From positions 17,133 to 68,566 of the forward strand of contig JBNGDK010000003.1 in assembly GCA_049975405.1 (NCBI GenBank): 51,434 nt of DNA, in the 5' to 3' direction. The notes under the pieces were generated by a model, which searched no databases, had not been told where the DNA came from, and saw only the letters and a program-made list of their open reading frames with translations. Position numbers and translations under genes: made by a program. Within the stretch, counting starts at the first letter, position 1; every line of letters begins with the position of its first letter. Shown piece after piece: positions 19,342 through 29,760 of the stretch. Source of the DNA: Candidatus Methanospirareceae archaeon. Its GTDB lineage: Archaea > Halobacteriota > Syntropharchaeia > Alkanophagales > Methanospirareceae.

Positions 19342-20109
19342 CTACAAACCGGTCAGAGCGCCGATATCCACAGCGCCCACCAGAAAGAGCATAGCTATCA
19401 GGACAGGCTGATGCACCAGATAGATGAGTAGCGAGTGCCGGCCTAAAAAGTTGAGTCCTCGAATCACCGTGACGTGCGAACGATCCTGCAGCCTGAACTT
19501 CCGATGATAGCAGGGGTAGAGTGAATTCCCCACGAATATGCCGATGAGCACCACGCCGAACCAGGGCAGCACCGGGAAATAGTCGACACTCGTGAACTGC
19601 GCCGGCATGAATCCAAGCCACAGCAGCCACGAACTTCCAACCCGCAGATTCCTGATGAGCACACCTAGCAGCAGGAATAGTGATCCGAGCGCAAGATTTA
19701 CGTACCTCAACTTCAGTAAGGGAAACGCCATGATAATCGCGAGGCCGATCAGATGCAGTATACCCCAGCGCACAAAACCGTCCCCTAACAGAACCCAGGT
19801 AACCGTGGTGATGAGCAGCGCCCAGGCAAAGATTCGTGCACCGCGGTTCAGATACTTCGGAAACAGACGCGGCTCCGAGCTCGTGTGCGAGGCGCGTGCG
19901 TAGCTGAGCGTCAAGGAGACGCCGACCAGCAGGAGAAAGAGTGATGCGGTCGCAACCGCGAATAAACGCCAGAATACCGTGTGGATCTCGATCCCCAAAC
20001 CGCTAAAGCGGTCAAGGTCGTACAGTACGTGGTAGAAGATCATCATGAGGATCGCTACGCCACGCAGGAGATCGATCTCCCAGAACCGTTCATCAAGCTG
20101 CTGAGTCAT
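19342..20109 (-). CDS. DUF1624 / HGSNAT-like membrane acyltransferase
   Basis: RFWEIDLLRGVAI.MMI.YH, FGIL-like WGILHLIG, SVDYFPVLPWFG, LGRHSL.IYL.HQP. Confidence 0.85.
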   Translation of the reverse strand: MTQQLDERFWEIDLLRGVAILMMIFYHVLYDLDRFSGLGIEIHTVFWRLFAVATASLFLLLVGVSLTLSYARASHTSSEPRLFPKYLNRGARIFAWALLITTVTWVLLGDGFVRWGILHLIGLAIIMAFPLLKLRYVNLALGSLFLLLGVLIRNLRVGSSWLLWLGFMPAQFTSVDYFPVLPWFGVVLIGIFVGNSLYPCYHRKFRLQDRSHVTVIRGLNFLGRHSLLIYLVHQPVLIAMLFLVGAVDIGALTGL

Positions 20110-20208
20110 ATACTGTTTCCTATAAGACTGATACTGGTTGCGGTAACGCAGCAGTGATCAATGAATGGTTTTCATATACGTTGGCAGTTAGTTAGCGTGT
20201 CAGTATCA

Positions 20209-21063
20209 TCAGCTTAACTGATGGTTTTCTTTACGTTCCTTCTCGGCATCCAGCAGGTCACTCAATACAGTCTCAAAGCCCTGCTCCTGTTTAATCTCCA
20301 GATTGAACTTGGTCGCGAACCGCTCCACCGTTTCCGCATACTCATTGTCCCGCTCGTCCGCTTCCGAGTTCACTATCTTCACCACGCGGTGGTAATGGTT
20401 CTTCATCAACTGCAGCACGCGTCTTGTGTCGCCGACCGCATAGGGCTTCATCTTCTTTCCGGCCATAATGTTGATCGTTGATTCCAGGATCACCTGCGGC
20501 TCTTTGATCAGCGACGCGCCCACCGGGGTCATGAAGAACGTGCCCACCTCATCCGCCATGAGCTCCCGAACTCGCTCCCTGCTCAAGGTGATCTCGATGC
20601 AGTTGTTCAGAATCTTTCCGCTGCTGTCGCGCGGGATGCGTACCGGAATTGTGGCCTCGGCGATCAAACGCTCCAGCTCCTGTTCGGTTGACCCGCATAA
20701 GCCGTAACCGAGCACGATAAGATCGACGAACGCGCCCATCCGCTCGATCCCATCCTTGATCTCCAGCCGGAGATCATAAGGACGGTCGTGCATCCGTAGT
20801 TCCAGTACCTTCAGAATTACTGAATCACTGAGCTCTCGCTTCTCAATCTCTTTCCTGATTCGCGGGAGCGTATTCGTCCTGATAACCACATTATCTCCCT
20901 CGAACTCTTGCACGAACCGCTCGATGATACGTTGATAAAAGACCACGGTGACGGAGTTTGCCGCATCCGGCACCACAAAGTAAAGATCGCGCACACCGGC
21001 CCTCTGCACCAGCGCTCGTATCTCCTTTCGCAAAATCTCGCAGGTGATGATCCCGATGTGCAT
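20209..21063 (-). CDS. DUF1638-like protein
   Basis: GIITCEIL, LELRMHDRP, LGYGLCG, NCIEI, GTFFMTP pattern. Confidence 0.7.
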   Translation of the reverse strand: MHIGIITCEILRKEIRALVQRAGVRDLYFVVPDAANSVTVVFYQRIIERFVQEFEGDNVVIRTNTLPRIRKEIEKRELSDSVILKVLELRMHDRPYDLRLEIKDGIERMGAFVDLIVLGYGLCGSTEQELERLIAEATIPVRIPRDSSGKILNNCIEITLSRERVRELMADEVGTFFMTPVGASLIKEPQVILESTINIMAGKKMKPYAVGDTRRVLQLMKNHYHRVVKIVNSEADERDNEYAETVERFATKFNLEIKQEQGFETVLSDLLDAEKERKENHQLS

Positions 21064-21192
21064 CCTACGCTCATTCCCTCATTTGTTCAGATAGATAGAG
21101 CTAATAAAGGGGAACCAGAATGAAAAGGAACGAAACCAGGAAATTAGATAGAACCCGAAGAATGACCGGACGATGAGTCTGGCAGTTCCTTC

Positions 21193-21723
21193 TTATTCCT
21201 CTTCGCCGATCAGTTCCACGCCATACTCGCGCTCGAGGAACGCGAATACCTCCTCGGGCGTGGTTCGCTGCTTAAGTGGCAGTTTCCGTTTCTGAAGCTT
21301 CCGGTCCTTTATTCGGTAACCTGGGCGTTTCAGCGATACGCAAATGTCCATCCCGAAGATGCCCACGTTCGGATCGTACCGCATCCCAAAATCAGTATGC
21401 TCGGCGATGCCGAATGAGAAGTTCCCGAACGTATCAAACTGACTCTTATAGATCGTGTTCTGAATCGAAAAGCAGCGTTTCAAGAATTCCTGAGCGCGAT
21501 TGCCGCGCAGCGTCACCTTGACCCCGATCGCTTCATGCTTCTTCACGTTGAATGGTTGAATAGTCCTCTTCGCCATGCGCTTGATCGGACGCTGCCCGGA
21601 GATCTCAGTCAACAGCTTCTCAGCCTTCGCCAGCTTCTCGCCGCTTTCGCCTACGCCCATGTTGATCACTACTTTATCGATCTCGATACGCCGCATCGGA
21701 TTCTCCTGCTCTGGTTCTGTCAT
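21193..21723 (-). CDS. rpl5: 50S ribosomal protein uL5
   Basis: NPMRRIEIDKVVINMGVGESG, IGVKVTLRG, GNFSFGI.EH, YDP.VGIFGMD, RPGYRI. Confidence 0.96.
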   Translation of the reverse strand: MTEPEQENPMRRIEIDKVVINMGVGESGEKLAKAEKLLTEISGQRPIKRMAKRTIQPFNVKKHEAIGVKVTLRGNRAQEFLKRCFSIQNTIYKSQFDTFGNFSFGIAEHTDFGMRYDPNVGIFGMDICVSLKRPGYRIKDRKLQKRKLPLKQRTTPEEVFAFLEREYGVELIGEEE

Positions 21724-21772
21724 TTTCTTTCTGCTTACTCCTTTTCTGTCCCGGTTTCCGAACAGATCTCTC

Positions 21773-22498
21773 TCACAGCACGCTCAAGCCCGGCACGACG
21801 ATCTTCTGCTCACCCACGACGAAGATCGTGTCCTCACGGCTCTCAAAGGTCTCACCGTCACCACTCGCTTTTATCCGCACGACGTTTGGTTGCGGGCTGT
21901 GCACGCGTTTGATCTCCTCGATCTCGCCGGTCTGCGCCGAGTGACGGCCACCGATTACCACAACCTGGCTCCCTTCCTTGAATTTGTAGTGCTCCATGAT
22001 CTTGTTATCAGGAATGGAGATCAGGATCGAGTCATGCGTGTTGATCTCCGCGCCGGACTCGTCCATCATAAAATTCCGTCCATCATGACAGTTGAGCTGT
22101 ATCCGGCCACCTCTGACCATCGTTTTGCCGTTCACGCGACAGAGCTTCTTCGAGGCCGCATCCTCCTCGATCTCCACAAGAGCTAACCGGTCTTTTTTGT
22201 CCAGAAGCACCAGATAGTGCGCCTTGATCACGGGAATAGAAATGATGTCAAAGACACCGACAGGGAATTTATGATCTTTTCGCACCGTTCCGTTGACAAT
22301 CACGTTACCCTCATGCAGTATCCGCTTTGCCTCTCTGTTATTGTCCGCTAACTGTAGCATGTCTCGCACAACCAGGAGCAAAGGCATGCTCGTCTCAACT
22401 GGATGCGGCCCTGGCTTCGAACTCACCGTCCACTTCGATGTCTTCCGAGCTATCTTCCAGCTCCGTGGTGCTGCTATCCGCTTTTGATGCTTTTCCAT
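21773..22498 (-). CDS. rps4e: 30S ribosomal protein eS4
   Basis: HQKRIAAPRSW, PGPH, PL..VVRDML, FPVG.FD, QLN.HDGRN, GGRH. Confidence 0.95.
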   Translation of the reverse strand: MEKHQKRIAAPRSWKIARKTSKWTVSSKPGPHPVETSMPLLLVVRDMLQLADNNREAKRILHEGNVIVNGTVRKDHKFPVGVFDIISIPVIKAHYLVLLDKKDRLALVEIEEDAASKKLCRVNGKTMVRGGRIQLNCHDGRNFMMDESGAEINTHDSILISIPDNKIMEHYKFKEGSQVVVIGGRHSAQTGEIEEIKRVHSPQPNVVRIKASGDGETFESREDTIFVVGEQKIVVPGLSVL

Positions 22499-22531
22499 TT
22501 TCTTACCTTTCCTCTTATCAGTATAATCTGA

Positions 22532-24736
22532 TTATGCATAAGCATGTCTTACCAAGTCCTCTGCCCGTGCCTCAAACTCCTGCTGCGCACCCGGGTCAGA
22601 GGTCGGCTTCACGGTACGAATCGCGGCCTCAAAGTGGTGCTTGCGTACCACGATGTCTTTGAGCACTTCGCCAAGCTGCTCTTCGGTAATTCCTGTGGCG
22701 ATAATCTCACGTAAGGCCGTCATCACCGCCTCCTTCACGATCGCCGCGATGTCCGCACCAACGTAGGTAGCGGTCATCGCCGCAAGCTCGTCACTCGAGA
22801 CATCCTTGCCGAGCGGTTTGCCCCGCAGATGCACCTCAAAGATCTTCTGCCGCGTCTCTTTATCCGGTACCTGGATATAGATCAGACGATCGAGTCGCCC
22901 TGGCCTGAGCAGCGCGGGATCAACCATGTCCGGCCGGTTGGTCGCGGCGATCACGATCACGTCCTTCAACTCCTCCAGTCCGTCCATCTCTGTCAGGATC
23001 TGCGAAACCACGCGCTCGGTTACGTGCGAGTCATATCCCATCCCCCGCACGGGTGCGATCGAATCGATCTCATCGAGGAAGATGATGCAGGGTGAGGCTT
23101 GCTTCGCTTTCCGGAAGACCTCACGGACTGCACGTTCTGATTCGCCCACCCACTTCGAGAGCAGCTCCGGTCCCTTAATCGAGATGAAATTCGCCTCGCT
23201 CTCGTTTGCGACCGCTTTAGCGAGCATCGTCTTGCCCGTGCCCGGTGGCCCAAACAGGATAATGCCCTTTGGCGGTTTGGTATTGAGTTGCGTAAAGGCC
23301 TCAGAATACTTGAGCGGCCACTCCACGACCTCTTTCAATTCCTGCTTCACACGATCCAGACCGCCAATGTCCTCCCACTTGACGTTCGGCACCTCAATAA
23401 AGACCTCACGCAGTGCTGAGGGCTCCGTATTCTTCAAGGCCGCAGTGAAATCATCATTCTGGACCGTTAATCGCTCCATAACCTCTGGCGGGATGTCCTT
23501 CTCAATATCGATCTCCGGTAAGATTCGCCTGAGCGCATGCATTGCCGCTTCCTTGCATAAGGCCGCCAGGTCCGCCCCGACAAATCCGTGCGTGATATTC
23601 GCCACCACTTTGAGATTGACATCGTCAGCCAGCGGCATACCACGAGTATGCACCTGCAAGATCTCATCGCGGCCGTTCCGATCCGGAATGCCGATCTCTA
23701 TCTCGCGATCGAACCGTCCACCTCTTCTTAGCGCTTCGTCGAGCGCATTCGGCCTGTTCGTGGCTCCGATGACCACGACCTGCCCGCGCGATTCAAGCCC
23801 GTCCATCAACGAGAGCAACTGCGCAACCACACGCCGCTCCACCTCACCGGTCGTCTCGCCACGCTTTGGTGCGATGGAGTCCAGCTCATCAATGAAGATG
23901 ATGGAGGGTGCGTTCTTCTCCGCTTCCTCAAAGATCTCACGCAAGTGCCGCTCACTCTCACCATAAAACTTGCTCATAATCTCCGGCCCGGAGATCGAGT
24001 GGAAATTCGCATCCGTCTCGTTGGCCACGGCCTTAGCGATCATGGTCTTGCCCGTGCCCGGGGGACCGTGGAGGAGCACGCCCTTTGGCGGCTCGATCCC
24101 CAGGCGTTCGAAGAGCTCTGGATGTCTGAGCGGCAATTCGATCATCTCCCTGATCATGCTGATCTCACGTTTCAGACCACCGATGTCCTCGTAGGTCACA
24201 CGCGGTACAGCTAACGTCTCTGCTCGTGCCTCGCGAAGGACGATCTCCGTGTCGAGGTTCGGAATGACCGTGCCGATGGGAACGGTATTGGTAACGACAA
24301 AGGAAACGGGATTGCCGAGCAATTCAACCCGAATAATCTGACCTTTCGTAATGGGAACGCCTTTTAATCTGCTCAATAAATACCGCTCGCCGCCTGCGAT
24401 CCGGATCGGCTGCGTCGGTGCGAGCGTAATCCGCTTCGCTTCTTTCGCCAGGGTCTGCCGTATCCGCACCCGGTCATCAATGGCAACGCCCGCATTGCTC
24501 CGGATATTCCCGTCAATGCGAATAATGGACTTGCCACTGTCCGGTGAGTACGCAGGATGCACGATCGCGGTGGCAATGCTCTTACCCTCGATCTCAATCA
24601 CATCGCCTGGAATGAGCCCGAGCGATCTCATCGTCTCCGTATCGATTCGTGCGATCCACCGCCCAGCATCACGATGATACGCCTCTGCCACCCGCAGCAC
24701 CACCGATCTCTCCTTATCCTCTTCTGTTCCCATCAT
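22532..24736 (-). CDS. cdc48: CDC48/VCP-family AAA ATPase
   Basis: N-domain plus two AAA modules ([15 protein letters not shown] twice, [20 protein letters not shown]). Confidence 0.96.
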   Translation of the reverse strand: MMGTEEDKERSVVLRVAEAYHRDAGRWIARIDTETMRSLGLIPGDVIEIEGKSIATAIVHPAYSPDSGKSIIRIDGNIRSNAGVAIDDRVRIRQTLAKEAKRITLAPTQPIRIAGGERYLLSRLKGVPITKGQIIRVELLGNPVSFVVTNTVPIGTVIPNLDTEIVLREARAETLAVPRVTYEDIGGLKREISMIREMIELPLRHPELFERLGIEPPKGVLLHGPPGTGKTMIAKAVANETDANFHSISGPEIMSKFYGESERHLREIFEEAEKNAPSIIFIDELDSIAPKRGETTGEVERRVVAQLLSLMDGLESRGQVVVIGATNRPNALDEALRRGGRFDREIEIGIPDRNGRDEILQVHTRGMPLADDVNLKVVANITHGFVGADLAALCKEAAMHALRRILPEIDIEKDIPPEVMERLTVQNDDFTAALKNTEPSALREVFIEVPNVKWEDIGGLDRVKQELKEVVEWPLKYSEAFTQLNTKPPKGIILFGPPGTGKTMLAKAVANESEANFISIKGPELLSKWVGESERAVREVFRKAKQASPCIIFLDEIDSIAPVRGMGYDSHVTERVVSQILTEMDGLEELKDVIVIAATNRPDMVDPALLRPGRLDRLIYIQVPDKETRQKIFEVHLRGKPLGKDVSSDELAAMTATYVGADIAAIVKEAVMTALREIIATGITEEQLGEVLKDIVVRKHHFEAAIRTVKPTSDPGAQQEFEARAEDLVRHAYA

Positions 24737-24824
24737 TCACCTAGTTTTATATCTTTACTGTATAATTAAAATAAATCTACAATCCGAACGTCCTGTTAGG
24801 AAAGAATGCGAGAGTGCGAGTGAA

Positions 24825-26000
24825 ATGGAAGAAGAGTTATTGATGATTCCTGGACCCGTTCCAGTGATACCGCGTATTCGTGAGACGATGGCACGACCGA
24901 TGATCTTCCATCGTGGTGACGAATTCGCACAGATCCTCCGGGAGAGCGTTGAAGGGCTCAAGAACGTTTTTCAGACCAAGAACGACCTCTTTGTGCTCAG
25001 TGGATCAGGTACTTGCGCTATGGAAGCGGCGGTAGGTAATCTGCTCACGCGTGCAAGGGTCACGGGAGAGCCAGATGGTACCGTCGTTACGGTGGCGAAC
25101 GGTAAATTCGGTGAGCGATTTACTGAGATCGCAGAGCGCTATGGCGGTCCCCGGGCGGTTACGCCGCTTCACTTCACGTGGGGCACGGGTATCGAGCTGG
25201 AGCGTGTCAAGGCAGCATTGGAGAGCACCACCAGTCCCCGGATCGTGACCATGGTGCACAACGAGACCTCGGTCGGCATGCTCAATCCCGCACGAGCGGT
25301 GGGCAAGCTCGCGAAGCGGTACGATGCGCTCTTTGTTCTCGATTGTATCACGTCCATCGGTGGCGATGAGGTTCCCGTTGACGAGCTCGGCGCGGACATT
25401 GCGATTGTGGGCTCGCAGAAATGCCTGGGCGTACCGCCTGGTTTGGCCGCTCTCTCGGTCAGCGAGAAGGCCTGGGAGCTGATACGGGCAAACCCTTGCC
25501 GGCCGTACTATCAGGACCTCGTGGCCCATAAGAAGAGCATGGATAAGGACCAGACACCGTACACTCCCGCGTTACCACTCTTCTACGCACTCCATGAAGC
25601 CCTGAAGATCATTGCGGAAGAGGGTATGCCGAATCGGATCGCACGGCACCGGACCATGGCAAAAGCGGTTCGCGCGGCTATTATGGAGAACGGCTTGACC
25701 ATGTTCCCGAAACTCAACGAGGTGAGTCAGTATTCCAACACGGTGACCGCAGTGAACATGCCGGTAGAGAAGGGCATTTCCGATGGCGATCTGCGACCGG
25801 GTATGCGTAAAAGGGGCGTCGTCGTTGCGGGTGGCCAGGCAGATTTGAAGGGCAAGATCTTCAGGATCGCCTCCATGGGCAATATTACGAGCGCGGACAT
25901 TCTCAAGACACTTGCGGTTCTTGAAGAGGTCTTATACGAGAAGAAGGCTATTGCAAAGACCGGTAACGGCGTGGCAGCGGCAAAAGAGATTTTAGCCTGA
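24825..26000 (+). CDS. Class V PLP aminotransferase (serine-pyruvate / archaeal phosphoserine aminotransferase type)
   Basis: LMIPGPV, GSGTCAMEAA, VHNETS, GSQKCLG.PPG, QTPYTP, AGGQ..LKGKIFRI. Confidence 0.9.
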   Translation: MEEELLMIPGPVPVIPRIRETMARPMIFHRGDEFAQILRESVEGLKNVFQTKNDLFVLSGSGTCAMEAAVGNLLTRARVTGEPDGTVVTVANGKFGERFTEIAERYGGPRAVTPLHFTWGTGIELERVKAALESTTSPRIVTMVHNETSVGMLNPARAVGKLAKRYDALFVLDCITSIGGDEVPVDELGADIAIVGSQKCLGVPPGLAALSVSEKAWELIRANPCRPYYQDLVAHKKSMDKDQTPYTPALPLFYALHEALKIIAEEGMPNRIARHRTMAKAVRAAIMENGLTMFPKLNEVSQYSNTVTAVNMPVEKGISDGDLRPGMRKRGVVVAGGQADLKGKIFRIASMGNITSADILKTLAVLEEVLYEKKAIAKTGNGVAAAKEILA

Positions 26001-26092
26001 TTGATGCTGCATCCTTCGGGCTCGTAATCCAGCAAGGCAGTTTGCGGCGTGAGAGCAAGTGACCGGTTGGAACGAGTGGAGTGAAAGGAAAG

Positions 26093-26776
26093 ATGTTACG
26101 AGCAGCCAAAGCGCAAGAAGCGATAAAAGTGGTCTCATTCGACGTTGACGGTACCCTCGTTGCTCCCGGATTCGTTGACAGTTTCTGGCTCGACGGCATA
26201 CCCCGGGTGTACGCGGAAAAGAACGGCTTACCATTCGAGCAGGCGGTCAACTACGTTACGGGTGAGTATGACCGGGTTGGCGAGCATCGAATCGAGTGGT
26301 ATACCATAAGTTACTGGCTGCAGCAGTTCGGCCTGGATATCCCGTACCAGGAGCTCTTTACTAAATACCAGGATCTGATCCAGATCTACGAGGACGTGGA
26401 GCCCGTCTTGACTGCGTTGCGCGATGCGGGCTACGACCTGATAGTCAGCTCAAATGCCACGCACGAGTTCATTGATTTCCAGATCAAACCACTCAAGAAG
26501 TATTTCTCCCATATCTTCTCCGCAACCTCTGATTTCGGGCAGGTGAAGAAGACCAACGGATTCTTCGCTCGTGTCTGCACGATCCTGGACATCCCACCGC
26601 AGCGGGTTGTTCATGTCGGCGACCACTGGATCTTCGATTTCCTCAATCCACGCAAGATCGGCATCACCGCGTATTATCTCGATCGCGAGCGCAGCGACCA
26701 AGATCGCACCGCGGAAACAGAAGCCGAATTTATTATCCGTGACTTGTATGAGCTGCTCGACGATCCCGCGCAGTAA
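26093..26776 (+). CDS. HAD-family hydrolase
   Basis: FDVDGTL motif I, SSN motif II, HVGD...D motif IV. Confidence 0.88.
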   Translation: MLRAAKAQEAIKVVSFDVDGTLVAPGFVDSFWLDGIPRVYAEKNGLPFEQAVNYVTGEYDRVGEHRIEWYTISYWLQQFGLDIPYQELFTKYQDLIQIYEDVEPVLTALRDAGYDLIVSSNATHEFIDFQIKPLKKYFSHIFSATSDFGQVKKTNGFFARVCTILDIPPQRVVHVGDHWIFDFLNPRKIGITAYYLDRERSDQDRTAETEAEFIIRDLYELLDDPAQ

Positions 26777-26897
26777 TCTGCGACGGTAGATACCACGCTG
26801 GATATCCGCATTAAATCCTCCTACCCTGCCGAGACCGCCAACACTATTTCGCGCTTTTTATGCTTTCTGCGCTACTTACCATCACAGGACGCGAATT

Positions 26898-28112
26898 ATG
26901 AGAGACTACGACGTCGAATGCATACGCTGCGGTGCGCGCTACGCGAAGGATGAAATCGTTTACACGTGCCGTGAGTGCGGTGGATTGCTGGATATCAAAT
27001 ATGATTACACCACGGTAGATGTGGGAAAAATCGTTAGGGCACCGGGCGAAGGCGTATGGAAATATCGCGAGTTGTTACCGTTTGGTGAGGAAACTCTACC
27101 GGTGACGATACAGGAGGGAAATACACCGCTTTACCGCTGCGACCGGCTCGGCGAAGCCCTGGGCCTGCAGGATCTCTGGGTGAAGCACGAGGGTCTGAAC
27201 CCGTCAGGCTCGTTCAAGGATCGCGGCATGACTGTCGGGGTAACGAAGGCAGTGGAGCTGGGTGTGAAGGGCGTCGCCTGCGCATCCACGGGCAATACGT
27301 CCGCCTCACTGGCGATCTTCGCGGCGAAAGCGGGCTTTCCCTGCTACGTGCTGCTGCCCAAGGGCAAGGTCGCACTGGGCAAAGTAGCGCAGGCGATGAT
27401 GCACGGCGCGCAGGTCTTCTCGCTGCTCGGTAATTTCGACGACGCGCTCAAGGTGGTGCGCGTACTCTGCGAAGAGGAGGCGCTTTACCTCCTCAATTCC
27501 GTGAACCCGTACCGCCTGGAGGGTCAGAAGACGATCGCCTTTGAGGTTGCTGAGAAGCTCGACTGGCAGGCACCCGATCGGCTCATTCTGCCCGTAGGGA
27601 ATGCAGGCAATATCAGCGCGATCTTCAAGGGCTTTCAGGAACTGAAGACGCTGGGGATCACTGCTGCTCTACCCAGGATGACGGGCATCCAGGCGGTGGG
27701 TGCGAAACCGATCTTCAACGCGATTAAAACGGGCGCACCTGAGATCACACCAGAACCCAAACCCGAGACCATTGCTTCCGCAATCCGGATCGGCAACCCG
27801 GTAAATGCGGCAAAAGCGCTGTACGCAATTCGAAGCACGGGCGGCATAGCAGAATCGGTAACCGACGATGAGATAACGCAAGCACAGCTCGAACTCGCGC
27901 GGATGGAGGGCATCGGCGTCGAGCCCGCGAGTGCCGCATCCATTGCCGGGCTGAGAAAGCTGGTTGAGCAGGGCGAAATCCATTCGGATGAGCGGATCGT
28001 CTGCATCACTACCGGACATCTCCTGAAAGACCCCGAACGCGTGATCGAGATCTGTGAGTCACCGAAAGTGGTAGAAGCAGACGTTGAAGCGCTACGGAAA
28101 TTGATGCGATGA
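26898..28112 (+). CDS. thrC: Threonine synthase
   Basis: N-terminal CxxC/CxxC, EGNTPL, NPSGSFKDRG, CASTGNTSAS, NPYRLEGQKT, PVGNAGN, EPASAA. Confidence 0.94.
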   Translation: MRDYDVECIRCGARYAKDEIVYTCRECGGLLDIKYDYTTVDVGKIVRAPGEGVWKYRELLPFGEETLPVTIQEGNTPLYRCDRLGEALGLQDLWVKHEGLNPSGSFKDRGMTVGVTKAVELGVKGVACASTGNTSASLAIFAAKAGFPCYVLLPKGKVALGKVAQAMMHGAQVFSLLGNFDDALKVVRVLCEEEALYLLNSVNPYRLEGQKTIAFEVAEKLDWQAPDRLILPVGNAGNISAIFKGFQELKTLGITAALPRMTGIQAVGAKPIFNAIKTGAPEITPEPKPETIASAIRIGNPVNAAKALYAIRSTGGIAESVTDDEITQAQLELARMEGIGVEPASAASIAGLRKLVEQGEIHSDERIVCITTGHLLKDPERVIEICESPKVVEADVEALRKLMR

Positions 28113-28198
28113 GGATGTGGTAAGGCGATAGATAGATACTTACTTCTCTTTCCTTTTACCTAACGTAACTGTGCGCGATTGCGGAAAGGTACGTAGCC

Positions 28199-29746
28199 AT
28201 GGAAGATGCAGAAGCGATAACCGCTGAAGAGATGGCTGCACTGGACGAAAATTGCGGTTATTTTGGACTTATTCCCCTGCAATTAATGGAGAACGCCGGC
28301 GCCCAGCTTGCCGCTGAGATTCGTAAGCGATTTCCGAACGGAGGTAAAAACCGCGCGGGTGAGGCGGTGAACGTTACCGTGCTCGCCGGCAAGGGCAACA
28401 ACGGCGGTGACGCCTTCGTGGCCGCGCGACAGCTCAACGGGTTTGCGGTTACGGTGCTCCTGCTCGGTCGTGCTACAGATCTGCGGACCGATGAGGCGCG
28501 ACGTAACTGGCGTATACTGCAGGAAAGCGATACCACTACGGCGGAAATCACTGACTCGTCGCAGTTACAAGCCGCTGCTGCAGACGTGCTTGACGCAACA
28601 GTGCTCGTCGACGGGATCTTCGGGACGGGTATTAAGGGTGCGATTCGTGAGCCAGAAGCGACAGCAATTGAGCTGATCAATACTGCACGGCCGCGCGCAT
28701 TTGTTGTCGCTGTTGACGTACCTTCTGGACTGGATCCCACAACAGGCGAAGCGGACAGTGCGGTTACGGCTGATCTTACCGTGACCTTTCACCGACCGAA
28801 GACCGGGTTGCTCGAAACGCGTGCCGAACCGTACGTCGGTGAGCTGGTGGTGGCAGATATCGGCATCCCGAAACGCTTCGAACGGTTAGCGGGCCCCGGC
28901 GATGTGCGTTTGCTGCTGAAGCGAAGCCCGCGCACCCATAAAGGTGATAACGGTCGCGTGCTCATTGTCGGTGGCGGGCCATTCTCGGGCGCGCCGACCC
29001 TGGCCGCGCTTGCTGCGCTTCGTGCCGGCGCCGATTGGGTAACGGTAGCAGCACCACGCAGCGTTTCTGGTATTATCGCCTCTTTCTCGCCGAATTTGAT
29101 TGTTCATCCACTTTCTGCTGCTGTAGTAGTGGAGAAAGACGTTATCCCGATAGTAGATTTGGTAAAGAAACACGATAGTGTCGCGATCGGTATGGGCCTG
29201 GGCGCAGCGGATGAGACAAAGGAGGCTGTGCAACAGATCATCGAGCACGAGGCAACTAAAAAACTGATCGTTGATGCTGATGGCTTTTACGGCCTCGCGC
29301 TGCCCAATACCGCAGAGGACAGGCGGATCATCGTCACGCCGCATGCTGGTGAGTTCGCGAAGATGCGCGTCAACGCGCACGGCAGAGATATGGCGGTCCC
29401 GCCAGAAGACAAGCTGGAAGCGCGAATGGAGTTTGTTACCGCGTTCTCACAGCGGAACAATGTGGTGACGCTTATGAAGGGGCCTGTGGATATCGTATCA
29501 GATGGCAATCGCGTGAAGCTAAACCGAACGGGTAACGCGGGCATGACCGTTGGCGGCACGGGCGACGTCCTGGCAGGGCTGGCCGCGGCCTTCTTCGCAG
29601 TTACCGGTGATCCGTTCAAAGCGGCGACTGCTGCCGCATTTGTGAATGGGACCGCAGGCGATCTCGCGTTTGCGACCAAAGGGTCTAGTCTGCTCGCAAC
29701 CGATGTGCTTGAGGCGATCCCGAGTGTCACGAAGCAGTTCACCTAG
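28199..29746 (+). CDS. nnr: Bifunctional NAD(P)H-hydrate epimerase/dehydratase (NnrE-NnrD)
   Basis: LMENAG, GKGNNGGDA, DGIFGTG, DVPSG; HKGDNGRV, DAD, TPHAGEF, GGTGDVLAG. Confidence 0.93.
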   Translation: MEDAEAITAEEMAALDENCGYFGLIPLQLMENAGAQLAAEIRKRFPNGGKNRAGEAVNVTVLAGKGNNGGDAFVAARQLNGFAVTVLLLGRATDLRTDEARRNWRILQESDTTTAEITDSSQLQAAAADVLDATVLVDGIFGTGIKGAIREPEATAIELINTARPRAFVVAVDVPSGLDPTTGEADSAVTADLTVTFHRPKTGLLETRAEPYVGELVVADIGIPKRFERLAGPGDVRLLLKRSPRTHKGDNGRVLIVGGGPFSGAPTLAALAALRAGADWVTVAAPRSVSGIIASFSPNLIVHPLSAAVVVEKDVIPIVDLVKKHDSVAIGMGLGAADETKEAVQQIIEHEATKKLIVDADGFYGLALPNTAEDRRIIVTPHAGEFAKMRVNAHGRDMAVPPEDKLEARMEFVTAFSQRNNVVTLMKGPVDIVSDGNRVKLNRTGNAGMTVGGTGDVLAGLAAAFFAVTGDPFKAATAAAFVNGTAGDLAFATKGSSLLATDVLEAIPSVTKQFT

Positions 29747-29760
29747 CCTAGCAGGCGATT

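Noticed and set aside
21064-21192. Missed rps14 after rpl5
   Set aside because: The minus strand is pyrimidine-rich with no CxxC-containing ORF.
22926-23966. 346-aa plus-strand ORF and similar long antisense ORFs (e.g. 3852-4559, 11470-12234, 29899-30609)
   Set aside because: They lie opposite well-conserved genes, have no recognisable motifs, and are expected in GC-rich coding DNA.
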